Notes under the pieces: model-generated
What the model was told of the DNA's origin: nothing
Databases searched by the model: none
Seen by the model: only the letters and a program-made list of their open reading frames with translations
Made by a program: the position numbers and the translations under genes
Part shown: positions 1 to 14,771 of the stretch, one piece after another
Position numbering within the stretch: the first letter of the stretch is position 1
Layout: each line of letters opens with the position of its first letter
DNA from: Chrysomallon squamiferum
Taxonomy: Eukaryota; Animalia; Mollusca
Direction of reading: 5' to 3'
NCBI GenBank assembly: GCA_012295275.1
Contig: CM022677.1
Coordinates: 11,408,001 to 11,472,000, forward strand
DNA: 64,000 nucleotides

Positions 1-375
1 TTGCTCATGTTGGGAACATTAAACAATCACACAAAAAATATCAGACAGAACTTGAAGATACCAAGTAAGTTAACACTCTTTTCTTATCCATTCACATGTG
101 TCACCTCTTTAACTGACAAAGATGATTATGATATTTGTATAAAAAGTAAGGTGAAAAGTAATTAGAATGTAATATTTTTGTCAGAAGCTAATGTTAATTG
201 CTTGCATTTTTTATTTTTTTTATTTTATTAGCCCTAATCAGATAAACATTGATGAAAAAGGCTGTTAATTCAGATATTTGTAAGAAAAAATAATGTAAAT
301 TATTTGTTGCTGAATTGAAAGCTCTTAAGAATTAAAGATGGCATTGTGTTGGCTTTTTTTTGTTCTTTTTTATTA

Positions 376-408
<33 letters not shown>

Positions 409-2026
409 CAAAATAATGATTTAATTTCAGGAAACAGTTAATGGCAGTGAAAAAGCCTTTTGGCAGCAATTTTACAGAAATAGGTAATGTCATTAGCAAT
501 TCTTAGTCAACAATCTATGAATTTTACAAATTTGATAAATTATTAAATATGATTGGGAAATAAAATGCATGTTTATGTTAGTGTTTCAACACTAAAGAAG
601 ACAATTTATAATGTGAAAGTTTGATTGTTTTTTGTTTTTGTTGTTGTAGTAGTTTGTGGGGGGGTCCTGTTTTTTTAATTAAAAATATAATCTATATAGC
701 TGTTGTTATATTTTATTTATTTTTATTAATTAAGAATGAGTTTAATTTGTTTTGGTCCAGGTTCTAAAAGATCCATGTCTATGTGTGGATTGAATGCTGC
801 TCTAAAGGTATGTTTTATTCATTCACTTTTGTGTTTATAGCTCATTTCATTAAGAATAAATTTAATCAAACAGCATGCTGACAATTTGTTTTTAATTACA
901 GAATAGTATTGATAGTTTTATATAAATTGTTCACAAAGCATGCCTATTTGCTTGATATTTTAAATGATTAGTTTAGCTAGTACAGAATCAATGTAATAAT
1001 GGTTTATGCACCAACAAACCTTGTAATAATTTACATGTCAGCCTAATAGAGTAGTGAACAGAACACTTGTATACATTTGTAATTTACTTTTATTAATACT
1101 TCACTCTATTATGAAATATATACATTTAATACTTTATGTGGTAGGGCTAAAGATATTTACAATATTTTGAAATTTGGTATATGGATGGAACTGGCTTGAA
1201 AGATTTTGCTTATTTTGTTATTTTTATCACCTGCAAGTGTAATGTTGTCTTTGTTTTAAATACATTTTGAAATATACATAATGGATTCATTATTGTAACT
1301 ATTAGCTGAATTAAGATAATTGTGGTTTATTTATAAGACAAAATATATTTCATTAGTGGCAAAAATTAAATTATAAATTAAATATTTTAATTATTCAAAT
1401 AATTTGTTATTAATGATGTAACTATAATGATTATTAAAGGTTAAAGATTGTCAGAATAATCTCAAATGTATTTTCATCATGTTAGTATTTCAAGTAGAAT
1501 CAGTATTAGAAGAACATTTTCTTATTGGCTAATGTAATAGCTATGTAGGTTTAAAATATTTATTTACTTAATAATCCTGGCAATCATCTTAAACTGGAAA
1601 TATTGTTCATAATCTCTTTTACTGGTGTATTGCTCTTTTAATCGTTTTATACCAAAGTTAAAAAATAAGATTCAAATTAAGAATAATAAAAACATTTAAT
1701 AAATTGCTTTTATTATTAAAATTGTATGGAAAAATATACAAATGTGTCTAAAACTCTTCTTGCTAACACAGTGAAATACAGTTAGAGCTGACAACAGAAA
1801 TACTACTTGCACTTTATTTTATGTTTAGTTTATTAATGAATATTATATTTTGTTGTAGGATCCTAGACAACAGGTTCAAGCTGCCTCATCCAGCCCTTCA
1901 GTTGCAAATGTTGTAAGACACATTTTCAGAAAAGGTTCAGTAGAACACCAGAATGTTATTACATCACAGTCTTCCCTGTCCAGAGAAAGCTCAACACTTT
2001 CAAGAGATAATCTGTCTGAAATGTAA
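1..2026 (+). CDS. 3' end of an unidentified multi-exon protein-coding gene (exons <1-64, 431-483, 761-807, 1859-2026)
   Basis: Canonical AG/GT splice sites with matching phases (2,1,0) join into one open frame: ..AHVGNIKQSHKKYQTELEDTK-KQLMAVKKPFGSNFTEIG-SKRSMSMCGLNAALK-DPRQQVQAASSSPSVANVVRHIFRKGSVEHQ..RDNLSEM*. Region is CpG-poor like a methylated gene body. Product not recognised. Confidence 0.65.
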
Positions 2027-2974
2027 TTTGAATTTTGAAAATTCAGTGATCTCCAAGAGACTGCATTGTCAATGTGATCAGAACATCCAGTGTACACATT
2101 GTACTTCATAGCAGCTTGCACTGTTTTTATCATTGATGAGTGCTTGGTTATTCTAATGTTTCTCACTGGAAGAGGAATGGATATGCATCATTGCTATGGA
2201 ATGCCATTTTTCTAAATAAGCTAAAATTAATGTGACAACCAGTTTTTTCTTTATCTTATTTAAATCAGGGGAGTTTGCTGGGGGTAATGTAGATATAATT
2301 GAAGATTGTATAGTTGGGGTAATTAGTATTGTTTGGTATTTTTGCTGTTTTTTTTATAATTCAGGAAATCTTTTTTTTTAAATGTCTTTATATTATTTAA
2401 ATCATGGGAAAATCAAGGGTTTATTGGAGGTAATGACTATAAATAAAATTATCTATTAACTAAATTAAAATTTTATTTGCATTAACCATAACTTTGTTAT
2501 TTTTAATTAGAAGAAACATGATGATCTTCAAGTTGAAATTACTTAAAAACCTGTCTAGATAATAAAACTGAAATATTCAGTTATTTTTGTTTAGACATTT
2601 CTGGCAGTTTTTATAATTTGCCTTTGCCACTTTAGAAAGAATAATTGAATTATTTCAATAAGGAATCTTTAAAAAACAGAAAATAATTTATAAATGATAA
2701 AAAAATAAAAAAAAATAAGAGGGAAAAAAAATGTACATAATTGGAATTTTTCCGAGTATTTTATAATTTGCCTTTCACATTTTCATAAAATTCAAAAACA
2801 TTTTTCAAAAATGTACAAATGGAAATGTCTTCCAATTTGTTTATAATCTGTGAAAAAAAATTTAAAATAATAAATAAACAAAAAAACAAATATGATAATA
2901 ATTCAAAAGAAAGAAAATAATTATCTCTTCAAAAATGAGGTACAAAATGGTATTTAATGTTTCTAAGGTAAATT

Positions 2975-3358
2975 ATGTTACATAAATGGGTGGCAGTACA
3001 AATATTTTTAATAAAAAAACATTAGTTGTTCTTAACTGTTTTAAATCCTGACATTTACAAAATCAAACCCATTGCATCTTGTCTAAAAACAATAATCAAA
3101 ATAGAAAATCATGCTTAAGTTGTTTCAGTTTCTTAACCTTAAAAATGTTAAGGCACATTCAAATAATTTAAAACAAAAATAAACAAACAAAGAATAGTCT
3201 TTTTGTGTTTTTATTTTTATTATGTATATATTGATAACATCTTCAGTATTTGTTGTCAACCAACAAAAGATAATCTGATTTAATCATTATTTTTTATATA
3301 TACATGTTGTTTGATTTTATGAAAACAAACAATCAAAGCACTAGAATGAACACTAAGC

Positions 3359-3447
<89 letters not shown>

Positions 3448-4573
3448 ATTTACAAACCCGTTAAATAGAGTTGTTTCCCTTAGACCATTAATATGACATT
3501 GCAGACTATTCCAATATTAAATTCAACATTTTCTAATCAACCAGTTTCCATTATTTTTTGGTTTATTTGATTTATTATTATTATTATAAACAATGAATTT
3601 TTCTTTTTATTCAAGGGGCAAATCGTAAAACAAAAACGTTTTAAGCGAAACAGGAATTTTATAATACTTCAGTAATAATAATAATTCAAATAATAAATCC
3701 CACACTTGTAAAATTTTAAACATTTATTATTATTATTATTATTATATACATACATCATTTCAGTTTCATTTTCTTTAAAATAAAAATTACTGCAAATATG
3801 TTTTTAAAAATGATACTTGTTTTAATAGAGCTAAAATTATTTTTTGCCTGATTAATTTCAGGTTTTTTCAAATATCATTTAATGTTAATAAGAACAATTC
3901 AAAATCAAGACAATAATATAAGAATAAATCATTAAAATAATCCAATTAATAATTATATTTTTATATCTAATTGTATATCATTTTTCTGTTCATTTAAAAA
4001 ACACAAAAAAAACCCCACAAAAATCAAAACACTTAGAACTTGTATTTATTTATACATAAACAAGGACACTGTCTTTCACATGCAGCAGTTATCTCTGACT
4101 GCAAACACATTAACTCTTTCTCACAGATAACATCCTGTAACCGTGATTAATTTTGTCCTTGCTTATTATTTTGCTGTATAACTACTTTGGGGAATGCAAT
4201 GATTGGAGTTTTTGGTTAACAATAAAATATAACCAGGTTATGTTACATAAATGGGTGGCAGTACAAATATTTTTCAAAAAAGAGAATAGTATTTGTTCTT
4301 AACTGTTTTAAATCCTGACATTTGCAAATTCAAACTCATTGCATCTTATCTAAAAACAATAATGAAAATGGAAAATATTTCTGAAATTTTTTCAATTTCT
4401 TAACATTAAAAATGTTAAGGCACATTCAAATAATTTAAAACAAAAATAAATAAAGAAAGAATAGTCTTTGTGTGTTTTTATTTTTATTATGTATATATTG
4501 ATCAACGTCTTGTGTATTTGTTATCAACTAGCAAAAGATAATCTGACATAATCTTTATTTATATATATACTTC

Positions 4574-4645
<72 letters not shown>

Positions 4646-4950
4646 CATTTTTGTATATTTACAAACACGTTAAAGTTATAATGAATTTTTCATATAAATT
4701 TTGAGCAGTCAAGATCACTCTGCATGATGTTACTAATCAAACTGAAGTTTGTTAAATAGGAAATATAATTACAATAATATTTTAAGACAAAACTAAACAC
4801 CACTTTTTTAACAATGAATTCTAATAATGAATTATAGTGACATATGCCTTTAAGATTTTGTACTACGAACCCATTTTACATTTATTTGATAATGTCATAG
4901 GCTGTCATAATGGTGCCATAATCAAGAAAATTTATTTTTAATTCTTTAAA

Positions 4951-4999
<49 letters not shown>

Positions 5000-5290
5000 G
5001 ACATACATAACTTCATTTTCATTTCTTTAAAATTAATTTCAGCTATCTACAAATACCTTTTAATGTTGATAACAATTCAAAATCAAGACAATAATATAAG
5101 AATAAAACATTAATATAATCCAATTAATAATTATATTTTTATATCTAATTGTATATCATTTTTCTGTTCATTTAAAAAAAACACACAAAAAAAACACAAA
5201 AAAAACAACAACAATCAAAACACTTAGAACTTGTATTTATTTATACATAAACAAGGACACTGTCTTTCACATACAACAGTTCTCTCTGAC
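2975..5290 (+). repeat. Diverged direct duplication (~1.1-1.3 kb unit) inside the left arm
   Basis: TTATGTTACATAAATGGGTGGCAGTACAAATATTTT and the following ~450 bp occur at ~2974 and ~4238; ACAATTCAAAATCAAGACAATAATATAAG..CAAGGACACTGTCTTTCACA occurs at ~3894-4080 and ~5072-5271. Confidence 0.85.
3362..3443. repeat. (CT)n microsatellite (other long GA/CT tracts at ~4577, 11824, 14713, 15558, 17499, 20677, 22214, 33264)
   Basis: Perfect dinucleotide runs seen directly; they explain the poly-ER/LS ORFs in the ORF track. Confidence 0.98.
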
Positions 5291-8163
5291 CGCAATCTTT
5301 CTGTCGCCGCCTGCTTCTCTCTATGAACAGTCCAAACTAGTTATTATTATTATTGTTCTATCTATATCTTTGTGCATCTCGATTATGTCATCAGTTTTAC
5401 AGTCTACCACGTAAAACAAGTTTCCGAGGCGAAGACACTGTTAAATAAAAAATACAGGAAAAGGTGAAGATTTTGAAATAAATATAAAATATAGAATATT
5501 ATTTTCCTGATTATACATTTGCTTTATAAACTGCGCTGCTGGATAAGCTTAATGTTTCTTTTTTTTTATTGTTTGCTACTCATAATATCTTTTCATGGCT
5601 CGCTAAAACAAATTTTATAAAACTATACATATATTTATTTATTTATTTATATATTTTGTTGTTGTTGAGAAATACAGAGGGCCTTTCAAATAAACCATAT
5701 TTTAAAATATGGTAACCAATATTATACCAGTTTATCTTTAATTTCTGTGTATAATACCATATTTAATTTCGTAGTCTTCTGAAGATAATTTGAGACTGCT
5801 CGACAGAATTTACGTTTTTGTTTTGTACCAGCTGTGCAGCTTCTACGACTAAACTGAGACTGAGTGGAAATTACGTTCCATGTTAGTAAAAAAAAACACT
5901 GCTTACATCGATATTTTATTACGTTCACCTCTGATTTGCATCATAACAAATATATATATAAATAAACTGTCAGCTAAAGGAATATCATCGGCTTTTCAAG
6001 AATAATCTTGATAGCGTTAATAACAGTAAATGTCGCTGTGAAAACTGCGCTCATGTTGACATCATTTATTATAAACGTATCAACAAAAATGAGTGGATTC
6101 TTATAAAGTAAAAGCTCAGTTTTCAGCATCATTCAGAGCTTTTTAGTGAAATCTGTTCTGCTGTTAATCAAATATCACATTAATCTGGATCTGACCTGTT
6201 AATTATATAGTGGCATTCAGCGCTCGACTTGTAAATTCTGAAATAAATATTTTAATGACTAGATATACTAGGGGAAGCCACTCTATTGTGACAATATTGT
6301 TTCTCTTAAACTGAGTTACAGTTTCTTCTCTACAAAAATTAAAATTAAAATTAATACTGAACACGTGAGAAATTACACTTTACTTGAATCACAGAATTTG
6401 ATTTTGCAAAGCAAACGACATTAAAATTAAATTCACAGAGATAAGCGAAGTTTTCTGTTTTGTAAAACGCGACGTAATTCACGTTTTATACATAAAACCA
6501 GCGACGTTTATATCATAATTTGATACTGAGTGAAAATAACGTGACGTTTATATTGAGTGAAAATAATGTGATGTTTTACTATGTTTTACCTCTATTTTGC
6601 TTCATAAACAATATTGATAATTTCACTTACAGTTACATTTTATTCTACTAGGAGATGTCTATTATAATATTAATATTATAATTGGTAAACAAAAACAAAC
6701 ATGCCTATCCATACGTCTTCTACAAAACTTTAAAAATATTTTGTAAAAAACAGAATAGTAAAACTTTAACACCTAGCTGCTACATTAATGGAATCTCAGC
6801 AATTTATATTCGAGAATTAATGACATCAATATCATATTTAGTTTCTAGGAGCGTAGTTTTCTGAAGATAATTTGAGAACGCTGGACAGAATTTACGTTTT
6901 AATTTACTACCAGCAGTTTACAGGAATAAATTGAGATAATGAGCGAAAATTACCTGAATCTTATAATAACTGTACTGCTGTTTAACACTGATATTTTTAC
7001 ACGTTATTATCAAAACAAAATTAAAATATCAAGAATTCTTGTTGTTTACCTCGAAAATTAACATTTCATTATATTATGGCTGAATATAATAATAATAATA
7101 ATAGATAAATATAGATAAAATACAGAATGACTGAGTGAAAATACATTAATAAGTTTCCCTTTTCCCATACTTCTGCTTTATTTCTTTTTATTAGGTGCAA
7201 AACTGAATATCTCGGTAATTATATTCTTATTTTATAGTAGAAATATTTCCTTTCAGAAAATTAATTGATATACTTTCTCTTAACAATAGGAAAAGTCAGA
7301 CAGGCACGAGTTATCTGCAGAAAATTATTCATCTTATCAAGTTAACGCCGTTTTTAATAAAATATATCAAAATCTTCTGTGCTGTAACTGAAAATAACAT
7401 TTTTTTTTTCGACTTTGTCAAGGTTATCAAAATTTAGTTTAAGAAACGGCGCAATGTTGTTTTCTGTTACTTACCCACATATTATTGTGAAACACGGCGC
7501 TGTATAATGTCAAACATTTTGTATTTAACAATCAGAGAATACAGAAAGTAAAGGTGATGTTGCAGGAAAAGGTTATTAAAATCAAATAACGCCGTATAAA
7601 TAAAGTAAATATTTCATTTTTATTTATGAAAAAAAAAACAAATCATGTTTAGTAGGAGCGCAGTTAATATGACAGAATGTAGAATCAGTTAAATCGAGAA
7701 TTATGGAACAGGTTAAGTGATAAAAAGAAAAAATTAAACTTTAATAATAACTAAGGAATTGTGTGAGTATATGTGTGTTTTTTATTATTTTATTTTTCAC
7801 AATGTATTGATTATATATTACAGGAAAATACGAGTATCTCTGGATAATGTATTAAGATTGCAGATGGAGAGAAGGCTTTTAGAGTCACAACGGTTCTACT
7901 GACAAACTGAGAATTACATTTCTACAGATATCTGAAGAAAGACTGCGCGTCGGAATTTACGTTGTATTCACTGTCAGTATTTTTATTATTAACATGACAT
8001 ATTTATATGATTAAATTGAGATTTATCTGTAATAATGTATTATATGACTATTATTATTATTAAAACATTTTTCAATGATTACTGAGGTGTGTGTTTGTTG
8101 TGGGACTTTTTTGATTAAAAATAATAATAATAAAATAAAATAAAGAAAATAAAGAAGAAGTCC

Positions 8164-8165
<2 letters not shown>

Positions 8166-8248
<83 letters not shown>

Positions 8249-8282
8249 TAATGATGATGATGATGGTAATAATAATAATAAA
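8166..8282. repeat. (AAT)n microsatellite (many other AAT/ATT/AGT tracts across the window)
   Basis: Trinucleotide run seen directly. Confidence 0.97.
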
Positions 8283-9589
8283 CATTATTACAGCTGAAAC
8301 TCAGTTTATTCATTTACACAACAGTACTCACATTAATATATTTTATTCTCAACTTGTTAATGTAACCGTTCTGACTCTAGAAGACTGTAATTATACAGAT
8401 AATAAACTGTGATAGATAATAAAATGTATCTACCTTTTCTCTGTCATGTAGACTTTTCTTTTTACAATATTTGTTAAATAAAGAACACAGCACCACTTGA
8501 TATTACGCTGCACATCTAATTATCACTCTAATATGCTGTGTAAACCACATTAATTTCTAGCGATCAAGCATTTCACTTTAAAAAGGTTCATGTTGATTCA
8601 TACCATCAGCCTGTAATTAATCTTCACTTTTTGTCTAAAAGCCTAATTTTCTATTAACTTGAATGTCACAACAGTAATTATCCTTTAGTTCCTAGCAGTA
8701 GTGTAAATTAATATACTTTAATAGGATGAATCATTTTCTGCAAATTTATTTAATGCAAAGTTTATAATTACCGCCAGTAGAGCTGTTTTAATGAATATAT
8801 TGAGATTTAGTTATAATAACCTATATTTTATATCATTTTTTTCTCAGTCTCAATTCACGTTTATGAACAGTGCTCCTATTACAAAATAAACGGGATATCT
8901 CAAGGTTAAAATATACTGAAAAAGTTTTTAAATAAGAAGAAAAGTCACGTTTTGGTAATTTATTCTCAAGTTATCAGAAGCGCAGTTTATACAACGAAAG
9001 TTAAAATCAACGAAAATAACTAATTTTATTAATTACTTTAATAACTCTGAACATAATTTGTTATTTAATATTACTATAGAAGGTCCTCCATATTTCTGAT
9101 TATACTTTCCGGTTTCATAAGGAAGAGGCCACAAATCTTACCACTATTTCTGCATGACTGTAACGAGTTAAAAATCACTCGATAATAAATTTGTCACATA
9201 AACAGTGGTGGTGATTTTATCAGAAGCGTTTTTACAGGAAAATGTGAGAATTAATTACAGGTTGATGAATACAGCAAATGGATCTTTCTGTTTGTCTGGT
9301 ATATTACGTGACGCTGCACCTAAAAAGAAAATATCTGATAATTCGTTTTTATCAATCTCAATTTAAATCATTTTTTTCAAAGAAAGATTTATTTGGGATC
9401 ATCGTTATTTTCCGGCTGCCAAAACTGTCGCATATTATGACATCTAAAATAATAATATGATGCTTGCTGAAGGACGAAGTTAGTTTCATTTTTACAACAT
9501 CTTCGTCTTAGAATTTTGTTTATACATGGTAGAATTTGTTGATAGTGTAAAACTAATGACGTGAGGTAATTTTAATGCCAATACCCCCA

Positions 9590-10370
9590 AACCTTAATTC
9601 TTACGCAAAGGCTACTTCTAATGATGATGCTAAAATTATTTTTATTATTATTATAACATTCATAGTAATATTTACAATATCCCTAACATTGAGCCCTATC
9701 TCTAACTCTGACCTAAAACTATTTTCCACACTACCGTAATCCTAAGTCTAACCCAAACAATAACCCTAATCTTAACCCTAACCTAACCTAACCCTAGCTC
9801 AAATTCTAAACCTAATCCTAACTAAGTCCACAACGTGGATTTTTACATTAACGCTCCTCCTAATGGTGACCCTAAAATTATTTTGCATATTATCGTAACA
9901 CTGATAATAATCTTTAAATAAACATCACCTTAACCCTTACCCTAACCCTAAATTAACCCTAACCCTAACCTTAATCCTAACCCTAAGCCTAACCCCGACT
10001 CTATCCCTAACACTAATACTAACTCTGATCATAAAACTGTTTTGCAGATTATCGTAAGACTCATAATAAACTTTGAATAATCCTAACACTAACACTAACC
10101 CTAACCCTAATCCTAACCCTAATCCTCATCCTAAAGCTAACCATAGCCGAACTTCTAAAGCTAATCTTACTCAAGTCCCGATCCTTGATTCTTAACGCTA
10201 CTTCTAATCGTGAGCCTAAAATTATTTCCACATTATCATAACCTCATACTAAAATTTACATAACCCGAGCCCGAACCCTAACCCAAACCTTAAGCCCTAA
10301 CTCTGACGCTAAAGAAGTGCCTAACTTTAATTCTTATGCAAAGTCTATTTCTAACCCTGACCCTAAAACT
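9590..10370 (-). repeat. Degenerate interstitial telomere-like array, (CCCTAA)n blocks on + strand
   Basis: Exact and variant CCCTAA units (e.g. 9930-9995, 10081-10130) alternating with a recurring ~60-70 nt spacer. Confidence 0.85.
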
Positions 10371-10765
10371 ATTATTAAGGTTATTTTATAGATTTTACTT
10401 TTTAGTCATTTGACCTACTTAAATATTGTTGGTTTTTTTGGGGTTTTTTCTTGCAGGTTGGAGCAAACTTTGAGAAATGAACATCGAGAAGAATTGTTTT
10501 AATTATTTTTTTATTATGGTCTTTTTTCTTAACTTGTTTATACATTTTGCCTGTGTGGAGTCTATGGAAACAGATAACGTGTTTTCAGTTTAGTTAGGTA
10601 GTTAACGTGATTCAGTGCTTTTATTATTTATCGCTAACACGTGTTTCAATAACAAGCTGAACAACTTTCAGTACAGAATCCAGTTATTCATAAGCAAAGA
10701 AATTTAAATAGATGAAACACAGGACATTAACAATATCAAACATAGAAAAATTTGATAATAAAGGA

Positions 10766-10806
<41 letters not shown>

Positions 10807-11547
10807 ATGAATTTTATTTCAAATATTTTAAATTACATTAAACCATTAAACCAAGTGTTTCCTCTGTACCTAGTGTTATCTTGAATACAACAAAGGTTAA
10901 AGATTTATTTTAAGAAGTGTTTTATCTGGGTCAGTCACGCGGTCAGCAGATTGTTGGAGAGAGAAATATTTGATATCAGGTCTGTACTCTTATTAAATCA
11001 CTGAATTGTCAGAAAATTAGTTACAACAGGGAAATTTTACTATTAGACATTCTGATTATTTTCTGTTGTCGCATAAGCCATACAGACCCGAATATTACTT
11101 TTTCTTATAAACAGTAACATTCAACTATGTTCATGATGTTTTCGCAGTCTGTAATAATTTTAGAATCTGGAAGAGGGGGAAGAGATAACGGCTGCTTGAC
11201 TACAACACACACACACACACACACACGCATATACACACATACATATATACAGCAATACATACAAACATTTGATTTGCGAAATATTAAAAATGCTTCTTAG
11301 GTTCACACATATACATGCTTGCATACAGGCAAGAAAAAAAAAAAAATCATATTTGATTTAATATGAATTCTTAGGTTCAGTAAAGTAAATCGGTGTCAAG
11401 ATATATGTAAGATAAAAATCACAAACGCACTGATTTGACCCGAAGTGAAAAAACGTCGACTGCTAGCTTATGATTCTAATTTACCTTAGAAAATGAAAAC
11501 AAATAAATAAATAGACAGAGATATATAAAGCAGATCGACTGTTTGGA

Positions 11548-11596
<49 letters not shown>

Positions 11597-11818
11597 GGAG
11601 TAATAATAAAAATCGAGAAGTTATAAAGAAGTAATAAATATTTTAATTTTTATTTTTTTACATTTCTTTTCTGGCAGTTTCACAGAAGCGAAAGGTTTTT
11701 AAAAGTTACATACTGAAATTTCATTCATGTTGAAAGGAAGATCAGAAGGTTACATAGATGCTGATACTGGGTAAGTCTTCAGTTTAAAAATCAAACCATT
11801 GACCTCATAGGTAAAATT

Positions 11819-11954
<136 letters not shown>

Positions 11955-12321
11955 AAAACTGACTGACTTTGTACTAAAGCAAATTTGTTGATCATCAGAA
12001 AAGAAAAGTGACAAAACAGATTAGTAGGTCTTGTTTCGCTCACTCGTGTTTTAATAACAAGTTACCAAACTGAACACTGATAACAAATATTTCAAATGTG
12101 ACCGTAGAAATAATCGAATTTACAATATATAATATAGTTAATTAAAATGCAACTAAATTTTATTACATTAAACAAATGACTGGCAATTTCAGACGATTTA
12201 CAATTTTATCACAATGAAATTATAATTTACAGAACAATTTAGTTTTTACAAATAACCTCAGCATTAGCATTTGTATTAACATTAGCAGTGGTATAAGTAA
12301 CACTACTAGTAGTAGTATATA

Positions 12322-12356
<35 letters not shown>

Positions 12357-12774
12357 AGACTAGTAGTTATAGCAGTAGTAGTAATATTCTTTGGGTTTGA
12401 ATATATTTTTATATTATATTAATATAATTGTGTGTGTCTCCGTTTGTGTATGTGTGTATGTGTGTCTGTATGTATGTATGTGTGTGTATTTGTGTGCGTG
12501 TGTGTCTATGTGCGTATGTGTGTGTGTGTTTGTCTGCGTATCCTGTCTGTACTCTTATTAAATCACTGTTTTGTCAGAAAATTAGTAAGTCAGTAAGACA
12601 GTAAGTCATGTTATCACTGACACGTGTTTTAGTAATAAATTAATTATACACGAGTTGAACATACATAACTAAATATAGACAGAGTAAACAAATGATATTG
12701 TTAATATTAAAAAAAGGTGATCATAAACAAATTTTAATTTACAAGATTAGAAATAGCAGTTATTATTGTAATCG

Positions 12775-12778
12775 TTAC

Positions 12779-12810
<32 letters not shown>

Positions 12811-13265
12811 GTAGTAGTAAAGGTGTAGCAGCAGGCCTAACAGTAGCAGTAGTAGTAATAACAGTAATAGTAGTATGAAGTATGATAGTAGTAGTAATAA
12901 CAGTAATAACAGTAATAAGTATGTAGTAGTAGTAATAACAGTAATAACAGTATGATAGTAGAAGTAATAACAGTAATAACAGTAATAACAGTATGATAGT
13001 AGAAGTAATAACAGTAATAACAGTATGATAGTAGTAGTAATAACAGTAATAACAGTAATAACAGTATGATAGTAGTAGTAATAACAGTAATAACAGTATG
13101 ATAGTAGTAGTAATAACAGTAATAACAGTATGATAGTAGTAGTAATAACAGTAATACTAGTATGATAGTAGTAGTAATAACAGTAATAATAGTATGATAG
13201 TAGCAGTAATAATAGTAATAACAGTATGATAGTAGTAGTAATAACAGTAATAACAGTAGTAGCTA
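12775..13265. repeat. Low-complexity minisatellite built from (AGTAATAAC)/(AGTATGATAGT) units, left arm only
   Basis: Repeating units seen directly; the overlapping ORF is poly-L/Y/T and spurious. Confidence 0.9.
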
Positions 13266-14710
13266 ACAGTAGAAGTATTGACAGTCGTAGAATTAGAAGT
13301 AGTTTTATCAAATATAGTAACAGTAGTTAAAGTAACTGAAGTACTAATAATAGTTTAGTGCTATTGATATTAGTAGTGGCAGTAAAGCTGTAGCAGCAAC
13401 AGTACTATTAGCAGCTTTAGTAATAGTATTTTTAGTAGTAGTAGTAATAATAAATAATATGCTGTTGTTGTTTGTTCTATTTGTAAAATGTAAAACAAGT
13501 TAACAGCAGTGAGAATGTTACAAACATGTTGTAGTAGCTGTAATAGTACAGGTAACAGTGGTTGTAATAAGTAACTATACAAATACCACACCCCTCCCAT
13601 TATTTAAACAAGCTCGGACCTCGATGTTGTATTTCATGTTAAAGAGAAAACATCAGTTTACTAAATAAGGCCATGGATTGTGACTGAAATACCTCACCTG
13701 AGTTTTATCTCCATCACGAGATGGTCAAAGTTCTCTTCAAGCGGGTATGTTAGATCACGTATTTGTGTGTTTGTCTCATAAAACTGAAACCTGGTTTCCA
13801 CGGTAACATAGCCTGATTGTCATCTCTTTGTTAAAAAATATCCAGGTAATAAAGCTGAGAACTTTGGCCGTGACAAAACAGATTAGTAGGTCTTGTTTCG
13901 CTCACTCAAGTTTTAATAATAAGTTAATTATAAACAAACTGAACACAGATAACAAATATTTCAAATGGTGGTCATAGAACTTTTCGAATTTACAATAATA
14001 CTATAATTAATTCAATGCAACTAAATTTTATTAGATTAAAATAATGACTCGGGTAACTTCAGACGATAAACATTTTTATTACAATAAAATTAGAATTTAC
14101 AGAACAATTTAGCTTTTACATACAGCCATAGCAATAGTATTTGTATTAACATAGTAAGTTTTGCTTCAGTAACAAATAAAATGTTATCTGAACCAGATTC
14201 AAAATAGGTTATGCGGTGAATGGAGACTTGAAAAGCTATATAAATGAAAAAAAAATAAAAAAATAAGTATGGAAAGGGAGAAGCACAAGAAGAAAAATCT
14301 CCTTTGTTCTTCAGAGAAACAAAATCTTATCTTAATCTCCTAAGATGTTTTTTTTTTTTTTTTTTCTCTCTGGACGCTGTTAACTGAACAAAAGACGGAG
14401 ATTTGACTTTGTCATTTCGACCTTTTCTTTCCTGGGAAAAAATATCTCTGTGTATAAATATGTGTGTGTATACATTTTCCACAGGAAAGAAACGGTCGAA
14501 ATGACAAATAACAGAAAGTAGCGGCAACCTATGTTAAAATAATTTACGTTTATTTTTGTAAATTTATTGACAAGCACATTATCACCACATTTCATATAAT
14601 AATTAATATCGGGAAATCAATTTAATTATACTGTCATAAAATAATAATTTTACTCAGTGATATTTGTTTCACACACAGACACACACACACACACGTATAT
14701 GCAGGTGTAT

Positions 14711-14771
<61 letters not shown>

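Noticed and set aside
232-279. Possible extra exon (AG..GTAAG) in the first gene
   Set aside because: Stop codons in all three frames; the flanking exons already join in phase without it.
1876-2166. 96-aa minus-strand ORF
   Set aside because: Antisense to the spliced plus-strand terminal exon and not kept open in the duplicate copy.
9590-10370. True telomere or chromosome fusion point
   Set aside because: Repeats are short, degenerate and interrupted, with no head-to-head TTAGGG/CCCTAA junction.
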